A stretch of DNA of 64,000 nucleotides from an uncultured SAR86 cluster bacterium. Lineage in GTDB: Bacteria > Pseudomonadota > Gammaproteobacteria > Magnimaribacterales > AG-339-G14. Below the pieces are notes generated by a model. It worked only from the letters and a program-made list of their open reading frames with translations, was not told where the DNA came from and searched no databases. Location of the stretch: positions 485 to 64,484 of the forward strand of contig CACFKX010000003.1 in the NCBI GenBank assembly GCA_902566955.1, written 5' to 3'. Each line of letters begins with the position of its first letter. Position 1 is the stretch's first letter. Below are positions 57,378 through 64,000 of this stretch, piece by piece. The position numbers were made by a program, and so were the translations under genes.

Positions 57378-58978
57378 TCTTCTAAAGAGATAAACTGATA
57401 AGGATGAGTGTCTAACATGTTAGGAAACCAACCCTTAACTTCCTCTTTCAGCATATAAACCCTAGTATAAGTATAAATAGGAATAATCGGCAATTCATCC
57501 ATTAATATCTTCTCAGCTTCGGTAAAATAGAAAATCCTATCCTCCTCAGACTCAGAAAATGCAGCTTTTGTTAAATAATCATCGTATTGACTGTTAGACC
57601 AACCAGTCATATTGTTTCCTCTATCTGTTACCATCATATCAAGAAAAGAATTTGGGTCGACATAATCACCAATCCATCCAGCTCTTGTAATTTCGAATTC
57701 ACCTTGACTCTGTCTATCAAGGTAAACTTTCCAATCTACGTTTGTAAGAGTGACTTTAATGCCTAATTCTTTCAGCCAAAATTGTTGAATCGCTTGAGCA
57801 ATTTTTTGATGACCCTCATTGGTATTGTATAAAAGTTCAAATTCGGGAAATCCATTTCCATTTGGGAAGCCTGCTTCTGCTAATAATTTCCTTGCTAATG
57901 CAGGATCATGAGGCAAAGAAGTTGGTGGATCATAATAGTTTTTGCTTGGAGGAGTGAAAGAATAAGCAGGTTTTTGTCCCCCTTTTGTCACACGATCAAC
58001 AATAACTTCTCTATCTATTGCAAGGGATAAAGCTTTTCTAACTTTTATATTATTCAACGGGAAAATGTCAGTGTTTATTCTATAGTAATAGGTACCAAAA
58101 TATTTCTCGAGTTTGAATTCTTCGGGAAATTCATCTTGATATTTTGAAATTTTTTCTGTTTGAATGATATTTAAATTATGAGTTTTTCCAGATCTGTAAT
58201 ATCTATCAGCTGTTGATTCATTATCGATAGGAAGAAAATGTATTCCGTTAAGTTTTAAATTATCGCTGTCCCAATATCTTTCATTTTTAGTTACTTTGAT
58301 TACCTTGTTTATTGACCACTCAGTAAGAGTAAATGGACCGTTTGAAATCATATTGGCAGGTCTTGTCCATTGACTGTCTCTGTTTGAAATTCCTCCAAAC
58401 TTTTCTATAGTATTTGGATGAACTGGATATGTAGCATAGTGTGCAAGTTGCTTCAAAAAGAAAGGAGTTTTTGTCCTGAGAGTAACTTTTAAAACTTTTT
58501 TATCAATCGCTTCAACACCAACTTGATCGAAATTTTTTATAAGTCCTTTATTATATTCTTCAGCATTCTTAACTGCATAAAGCATATCTGGGTATTTTGA
58601 ACCAAGAGCGGGTGTGAGAATTCTTCTCCAGGAGTAAACAAAATCTTCCGCCGTTAATGGATCTCCATTTGACCAAACGGCATCATCCCTTATTCTAAAT
58701 AATATTTCCTTACCGTTGCCGGATATATTCCAAGATTCAGCAGCGCCTGGAATTATTCCCTCTCCTTGAGGATTCTGCATTGTTAGTCCTTCAAAAAGAG
58801 CAATAATAATCTTATGCTCAGTCACTCCTGTCACAATATGAGGATCTAGTCCTTGAGGCTCAGTTCCATTATCCAAGAGAAGTATTCCTTGTTTATTTGC
58901 GGATTCAACGTCTAGAGACTCTTGACTAGAACAGCCTAAAATCGTAAAAATTATTAATATGAGACTTATTATTTTCAT
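57374..58978 (-). CDS. peptide/oligopeptide ABC transporter substrate-binding lipoprotein (SBP family 5)
   Basis: 534 aa. Lipobox ILGCSS. Family-5 SBP length and motifs (W.NGDP.TAEDFVYS). Confidence 0.85.
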   Translation of the reverse strand: MKIISLILIIFTILGCSSQESLDVESANKQGILLLDNGTEPQGLDPHIVTGVTEHKIIIALFEGLTMQNPQGEGIIPGAAESWNISGNGKEILFRIRDDAVWSNGDPLTAEDFVYSWRRILTPALGSKYPDMLYAVKNAEEYNKGLIKNFDQVGVEAIDKKVLKVTLRTKTPFFLKQLAHYATYPVHPNTIEKFGGISNRDSQWTRPANMISNGPFTLTEWSINKVIKVTKNERYWDSDNLKLNGIHFLPIDNESTADRYYRSGKTHNLNIIQTEKISKYQDEFPEEFKLEKYFGTYYYRINTDIFPLNNIKVRKALSLAIDREVIVDRVTKGGQKPAYSFTPPSKNYYDPPTSLPHDPALARKLLAEAGFPNGNGFPEFELLYNTNEGHQKIAQAIQQFWLKELGIKVTLTNVDWKVYLDRQSQGEFEITRAGWIGDYVDPNSFLDMMVTDRGNNMTGWSNSQYDDYLTKAAFSESEEDRIFYFTEAEKILMDELPIIPIYTYTRVYMLKEEVKGWFPNMLDTHPYQFISLED

Positions 58979-58990
58979 TTAAACATTATA

Positions 58991-59023
58991 AAAAAAAGGA
59001 ACCTAAAAGGTTCCTTTTTTTTT
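58991..59023 (-). terminator. rho-independent terminator after the TonB-dependent receptor gene
   Basis: AAAAAAAAGGAACCTAAAAGGTTCCTTTTTTTTT, a symmetric hairpin with flanking A and T runs. Confidence 0.78.
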
Positions 59024-59033
59024 GTATAAGCTA

Positions 59034-61991
59034 TTAAAATTTAGCTTCGATACCTAACCTAATAGATCTTGGATACTGATAAGAAGTAGGCAATTGATAA
59101 TATTGGTAAGGGTAAGAGCTTGGTCCACCGCTTTCACCAAATTCATAAGTATCGTCAACTCCATCTTGTCCAAGAATATTGAAAATATCTACTTTGAAAC
59201 TAGATTCCTTTATGACTCCAGCACTTCCTAAATCAAATGCTAGTGAAAAGTCTAATTGGAAGATAGTATCACTTTCATAAATTGATCCTCTAGGTGTCAA
59301 AACTCCACCACAGAACCATGATGCATCTCCATAAGCTTGTGCAAATACATCGGTTGGGTGAGTTCCCTGACAACCGAATTTTCTTGGAGCAGTTAATGAA
59401 GTGTTAAAACCTAGAACTAGATTATCAGTAGCTTGGTATCCGCCGAATACGCTAATTCTGTAGTCTCTGTGGTTAGGCAATAAACCATATGAACCATCAG
59501 TTAATCCAGGTTGGTCAAAGTCCTGGGTAATACCAGCATCATCTTGACCGTTGTCAGACTTAACTGAACCTTCGTAATTACCTTTAGTTGAGCTAACAGT
59601 AACAACACCATCGATGAAGTACATGTCATCCCATTCTTTTGAGAATGTAAAGTCTAAAGCTTGATAAACTCTTTCAACCTCAGGATAGTTTAATTGAGCA
59701 GCAGTTAGTTTAACTTTTTTGTAACCGGTTTCACCTGGCAACTCATTTGTTTCATAAACTAAGTCTGTACCCGGATTTGTAAGAACGTAGTGATGGAATC
59801 CTGACCAATTTTGGGCACAACCAGTTCCATCATCATTGGTAGCAGCATATCCGTTTGCTTCACAGTATTTAAGAATGGCTGCATCGATAGCAACATCCTC
59901 AATTGTTGAAGAAAGTTCTCTGTAAGTTAAAGCAACACCTAAGTTCCAATCGTCTTGGATCCAATCGTAAGTAGCGATAAATTCTGTTGCATACATAGGC
60001 TCGATGGTTTGATCCACTAATTCCTCTTTATCAGGAACTGCACCTGTTGAGTAAGTGTCTTGATAGAACTTAGTAGACTCATCAAATATTGGTCTAAATT
60101 CTCCCTTGGAGTCATCAATACCTTCAAGGATGAAATATTCCTGAATGTATGTTTCCGCTCCTGCCATTCTGATGTTTGTGTTCGCAGCAAACGGGAGGTA
60201 ATAAGTTCCTAGGAATAAACCTAATTTTTCAGAACCATCGCCATTAACGTCGTAAGTAGCACCTATTCTGTAAGCTATTTGGTTGTCAAGTGAAATAAAT
60301 GAAGATCCACCTGCATCTCCGTTATCAAAACTATCTGATCTGATACCTGCGTTAAGTAACCATTGGTCAGTTAGTTTAAAACTACCTTGAGCAAAAAGAG
60401 CGCTGTTATCAATTTTGTATGTTCCACCAGAAATGTACGTTCTCTTTCTAACAATCTCTTCATCCGTGTATCCGGCTGCTGTATAACCTACACCGCCAGT
60501 ACCACCAGTAGTTCTAGGATGATCAGCAATATAATCGTTTTCTATGAGCAAGAAATAAACTCCTCCTGAGTTAGTGGTTTCGTCCACAGCAACGAGAGCT
60601 TCCTGTTCGTAACCGAATTTGATGACGTGCTCATCGAAGCTAACTTCAGCCGTGACTTTTCCAATTTCTCTTTCATCAGAACCTGAACCAATATTCCAGT
60701 TAACCCAACAACCTTTAGGTTGAAAAGAACCACCAGTAATTGAAGTTCTTCTTTCATAAACTGTAGGACATGTGTCTGCAGAACTTTGTGCAGTCCTGTT
60801 AGCTATATTCTTCCCGTAAAGCACGGAAACAGTCCAGTTGTCATCTATATTCGAAGTATAGTTAACGATTGTGTTTTCACCACCAGTAAAATTGTACCCA
60901 GTTCCAATATAGGTGCCTCGAGTGAAAGTGGTGTCATCGTAATTGTAAGTGTCTGTTTCAATTCTAGATGCATCAGAGAAATAAGTTATTTCTAAAATAT
61001 TATTATCATCAAAATATGCATCTATTTTTGTTCCGTAGAAAGTATCGTCATATGAATCTACATACTGTTGATCTGCTAAGTAGCCTGCATAAATATTTTT
61101 TGATTGCCTTGGTTGTGCTAAAACATAATAAAACAGTCTATCAGGAACAATTGCTCCACTAAATGACACGTTGTAAGTGAAATCATCATATTGATCTTGT
61201 TGATTGATTGCAGCAAATGTATCTGGACTATCCCATCTTAGGGCGTCAGGAGAGTAAAAAGCTTTTACTTTGAACTCAAAATCATTAGAACCGGATTTAG
61301 TGGTTGCATAAATTACACCACCGGTAGCTTTACCGAATTCAGCTTGATAACCACCTGTTTTAACATCTACTGAGTCATAGAATTCAAAAGGAACAGTTGA
61401 GTATCCCAAAAAGTTTCTGAAGTTGGTTATATTTAATCCATTAACATAATATTGGTTTTCTGCTGAAGATGAACCGTTAATTGAAGCTAATCCTCCAAAA
61501 GCAGAATCTCCTTCTGTGGTACCTGGGGCAAGAAGTACTATGCTATTTAAGCTATTGAATTGTGGAGTTTTGGAATACAAATCTTCCACGTCTACGTTAA
61601 TTCCAGTTTCTGTTACCTCAAATGCATAAGATTTAACAATTTCACCTCTAACAGTAAGATCTTCTGCATTCACAGATGTCATAGTTATTGATATGGCATT
61701 TGCTCCAGCTAACAGTGTTACTGTAGAAGATACAGCATCAAGAGCAGGCGCTGAAGATGAAACGGTGTAATCCCCTGGAGGAAGAGCTGCGAATCTAACG
61801 GAACCGCCGGTTGATACTGCTGATCTAGATAATCCTGTACCAACGTTTGTAACGGATACTGTCGCATTATTAATGTCTGCACCAGAAGCTGTTTGAACGG
61901 AAGCCGTCAAATCTGCTGTAGTGTCTTGTGAATACGCAATTGACGCAAATCCTATGGCCAATGCGATAAAAAAGTACTTCAAATATTTCAC
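59034..61991 (-). CDS. TonB-dependent receptor, Oar-like, with N-terminal carboxypeptidase-regulatory-like domain
   Basis: 985 aa. Signal peptide, Ig-like N-domain (PPGDYTVSS), plug region, long beta-barrel, C-terminal ..RLGIEAKF (terminal Phe). Confidence 0.85.
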   Translation of the reverse strand: MKYLKYFFIALAIGFASIAYSQDTTADLTASVQTASGADINNATVSVTNVGTGLSRSAVSTGGSVRFAALPPGDYTVSSSAPALDAVSSTVTLLAGANAISITMTSVNAEDLTVRGEIVKSYAFEVTETGINVDVEDLYSKTPQFNSLNSIVLLAPGTTEGDSAFGGLASINGSSSAENQYYVNGLNITNFRNFLGYSTVPFEFYDSVDVKTGGYQAEFGKATGGVIYATTKSGSNDFEFKVKAFYSPDALRWDSPDTFAAINQQDQYDDFTYNVSFSGAIVPDRLFYYVLAQPRQSKNIYAGYLADQQYVDSYDDTFYGTKIDAYFDDNNILEITYFSDASRIETDTYNYDDTTFTRGTYIGTGYNFTGGENTIVNYTSNIDDNWTVSVLYGKNIANRTAQSSADTCPTVYERRTSITGGSFQPKGCWVNWNIGSGSDEREIGKVTAEVSFDEHVIKFGYEQEALVAVDETTNSGGVYFLLIENDYIADHPRTTGGTGGVGYTAAGYTDEEIVRKRTYISGGTYKIDNSALFAQGSFKLTDQWLLNAGIRSDSFDNGDAGGSSFISLDNQIAYRIGATYDVNGDGSEKLGLFLGTYYLPFAANTNIRMAGAETYIQEYFILEGIDDSKGEFRPIFDESTKFYQDTYSTGAVPDKEELVDQTIEPMYATEFIATYDWIQDDWNLGVALTYRELSSTIEDVAIDAAILKYCEANGYAATNDDGTGCAQNWSGFHHYVLTNPGTDLVYETNELPGETGYKKVKLTAAQLNYPEVERVYQALDFTFSKEWDDMYFIDGVVTVSSTKGNYEGSVKSDNGQDDAGITQDFDQPGLTDGSYGLLPNHRDYRISVFGGYQATDNLVLGFNTSLTAPRKFGCQGTHPTDVFAQAYGDASWFCGGVLTPRGSIYESDTIFQLDFSLAFDLGSAGVIKESSFKVDIFNILGQDGVDDTYEFGESGGPSSYPYQYYQLPTSYQYPRSIRLGIEAKF

Positions 61992-62084
61992 TTTTTATAC
62001 CCCAAATGTGATTAAAAGATAAAATTCTACACTTAAATTAAAGAATATGTCACTTATTTGGCAAAAAATATCACTTAAAGACGT

Positions 62085-62117
62085 AAAAAAAGGCGATATA
62101 AATCGCCTTTTTTTTTC
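62085..62117 (-). terminator. rho-independent terminator after the upstream TonB-dependent receptor gene
   Basis: AAAAAAAGGCGATATAAATCGCCTTTTTTTTT hairpin located 12 nt past the stop of the 62129 gene. Confidence 0.78.
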
Positions 62118-62128
62118 TAGTATCCTTT

Positions 62129-64000
62129 TTAAAAGCTCATTGATAATCGTAAATACTTAAATTGACCTGACATATCATAATTTTCAAGTGATGTATTTCC
62201 ATTAAAGGCTGAATCAACAAACGGTGGTTCTGTACCTAGAATATTATTTATTCCAAGCGTTACGAGAAAATTGTTGCCAATGGAGAAGTTAAATTTTACA
62301 TCATGGTAGGTAATGCTATCAACATCCCACAGAGTGCCGCCATAATTTTCTTCTTCTGCTTCACCGATATATCTCAAGTTATACTCGATTGATAGGAAAT
62401 CTTTACTCCATGTCATATAGCCGCTAGCTCTAATTTCAGGAATTAATCCAAACTTATCTTCAACTTGGGTTCCAGCGTATTCAGTAGCTGTTCCTAGAAT
62501 TGTTTCTTCAAATTTATTGGTATAAGCAATTAGATAACCTAGTGAATAATTCCAACCATTAACTAAATCTGGGCTGTCATAATTCATGTAAAAATCTACT
62601 CCGTTATATGACTCTTCTCCTACATTGGTAAGCAAGTTCTTTATCTCAAGGACATGATATTTCAATGATGGAGGAGCTTCATATCTAGTAATAAGATCAC
62701 AGAAAGTTGCAGAGCCTGTTGTAGCACATTGATCTAGAATCACTTGGGAGCCATAAGTTCCGATGGTCTCTTTTATTTCAACTTGATAAAAATCAAGAGT
62801 AATATCTAGACCGTCAACAGGGGTAAAAACAAACCCTAAAGTAGAAGATTCTGCTTTCTCAGGTTGAAGGTTTGGATTACCTCCAATCAAAGCATTTAGC
62901 TGATCTTGGTCGGTAACATAGCCATTACCAACAGTTGAACACCCTGGAAGAGTAGCCAATCTTGTGGCATATTCGGCTTTGGTTTCACCGTCTCCCTTTC
63001 CGAGTTGAGCACAAGGATCGGTAACTTCAGGGAAAGTAGTTGACTGGCCGCCATAAAGCCCTGGAGTAGTTGGCGCACGGAATGCTTCAGAATAAGAACC
63101 TCTCAAAGTAAAAGTATCTGTGGCAAAAATCTCAAAACCAAACTCAGAAGTTGTATTGGATCCAAAAGTAGAATATTCAGAAGTTCGAGTAGCAAATTGC
63201 AATTCAGCTGTGCTATAAATTGGTAAAATAATCTCAGCGTAATATTCTTCAAGAGAATATGAGCCAGATGTATTTAAACCGCTCGGGTCAGTTAGAAGGC
63301 TTTGAAGAATTAAAGAATCATTAATTGTTTCTCCATATTCTGTTCGGGCTTCCGCACCCACAGCCATATAAACTGTCCCCCCTGCATATTCCGCTATAGG
63401 ACCATTAAAGTTTAATGAAAAAACTTCTTGTTCGTTCAGACCGTTAACAAATGCGTTGTAATTACCAGAGCTATACTGAAGCATCTCAGGAGTTATTGAA
63501 TTTACTCCAAAAATATTTAAAGGCACACAAGATGAATCTATAGTCGTGCTTGAATCAGCCCCACATTTTAAGACTCCCGTATCATCTGTGTAAGTTGGAC
63601 CGACTTGTTCGGCAACTTTCGCTAAATTGAAATATCCTTTCAAAAGCTGTGCTGAATCGTTTTTACCAAACGAATATGTCATATCCCAAGACCAACCTGA
63701 ATCTCCTAAATCTCCTTGTAAGCCCAAGAGCACTCTGTAGTTATGAACATCACGATCTTCAAAACGACCCAAGGCTTCAACCACTCTTCTTCTCCAGTCT
63801 GTCAGAGTAACCGTCTCTCCATTTGGATCAAGAGCTCTTGAGATATCATAAGCACCTGTACCGTCAGCATTTTCAACATAGGCACCATTTACAAGGTCGT
63901 AACCACCATCACCATCTGTATTTGAAACATAAGATGTAGAAAATTTTGGACCGTATGTTTGGTTGTAATAATTATCTTTAGAGTAAGGCGCATCTTTTCC
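62129..64000 (-). CDS. TonB-dependent receptor (C-terminal part; gene continues beyond the window edge)
   Basis: Beta-barrel-type sequence ending ..KYLRLSMSF. Hand translation shows the frame stays open from 63784 to 64000 (..GKDAPYSKDNYYNQTYGPKF..AYDISRALDPNGETVTLTDWRRRVVEALGRF..), so the ORF-track start is internal. Confidence 0.85.
   Translation of the reverse strand, partial: GKDAPYSKDNYYNQTYGPKFSTSYVSNTDGDGGYDLVNGAYVENADGTGAYDISRALDPNGETVTLTDWRRRVVEALGRFEDRDVHNYRVLLGLQGDLGDSGWSWDMTYSFGKNDSAQLLKGYFNLAKVAEQVGPTYTDDTGVLKCGADSSTTIDSSCVPLNIFGVNSITPEMLQYSSGNYNAFVNGLNEQEVFSLNFNGPIAEYAGGTVYMAVGAEARTEYGETINDSLILQSLLTDPSGLNTSGSYSLEEYYAEIILPIYSTAELQFATRTSEYSTFGSNTTSEFGFEIFATDTFTLRGSYSEAFRAPTTPGLYGGQSTTFPEVTDPCAQLGKGDGETKAEYATRLATLPGCSTVGNGYVTDQDQLNALIGGNPNLQPEKAESSTLGFVFTPVDGLDITLDFYQVEIKETIGTYGSQVILDQCATTGSATFCDLITRYEAPPSLKYHVLEIKNLLTNVGEESYNGVDFYMNYDSPDLVNGWNYSLGYLIAYTNKFEETILGTATEYAGTQVEDKFGLIPEIRASGYMTWSKDFLSIEYNLRYIGEAEEENYGGTLWDVDSITYHDVKFNFSIGNNFLVTLGINNILGTEPPFVDSAFNGNTSLENYDMSGQFKYLRLSMSF

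Noticed and set aside
61992-62128. Riboswitch (e.g. cobalamin) or Fur-box-like element upstream of the 985-aa TonB-dependent receptor
   Set aside because: The region is about 140 nt, very AT-rich, and mostly occupied by the upstream gene's terminator hairpin. I saw no conserved riboswitch core or palindromic operator.
63782-63784. ORF-track start (M) of the second TonB-dependent receptor
   Set aside because: The codon is an internal GTG. The reading frame is open all the way to position 64000, with TBDR-like sequence, so the gene is truncated by the window edge rather than starting here.

Overview
AT-rich (roughly one-third G+C by eye, not computed), very gene-dense bacterial chromosome segment. 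I count about 62 protein-coding genes, 4 intact tRNA genes (Gly-UCC, Arg-ACG, Ser-GGA, Ala-GGC) and one truncated tRNA-Ala copy. I recognised no rRNA, CRISPR array, transposase, integrase or phage genes. About three quarters of the genes are on the minus strand, often with 0-9 nt spacers or 4-nt overlaps. A conserved core block (gltX, dnaQ, rnhA, gloB, mltD), csrA, and tRNA genes nearly identical to enterobacterial ones point to a gammaproteobacterium. The streamlining, tandem TonB-dependent receptors and heavy load of lipid/xenobiotic enzymes suggest a marine oligotroph such as SAR86, but that is a guess, not a result. The accessory content is mostly transporters (MFS x5, RND, ABC-2, peptide ABC), secreted hydrolases, and oxidative or lipid-processing enzymes: P450, Baeyer-Villiger monooxygenase, TauD-type dioxygenase, steroid-5-alpha-reductase family, AMACR-like CoA-transferase, MFE-2-like SDR, ACAD, epoxide hydrolase, COMT-like, and PON-like propeller. 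Three genes absent from the ORF track were found by hand: csrA, a frameshifted ycaR/Trm112-like gene, and two small ORFs. I found no known defence or mobile system. The best candidates for undescribed biology are five. (1) A DUF3604 periplasmic PHP-like hydrolase packed with a rhomboid protease and two paralogous GPH symporters. (2) A P450 / DUF1295 / steroid-5-alpha-reductase trio next to tRNA-Arg. (3) Two families of uncharacterised secreted or lipoprotein paralogs, at 9.3-10.6 kb and 49.7-50.9 kb. (4) A tRNA-Ala 3'-half direct repeat bracketing a single cfa-like methyltransferase gene. (5) An orphan PhnZ-like HD-domain protein in a small membrane/hotdog operon. All functional calls rest on motif recognition from memory; no searches were run.
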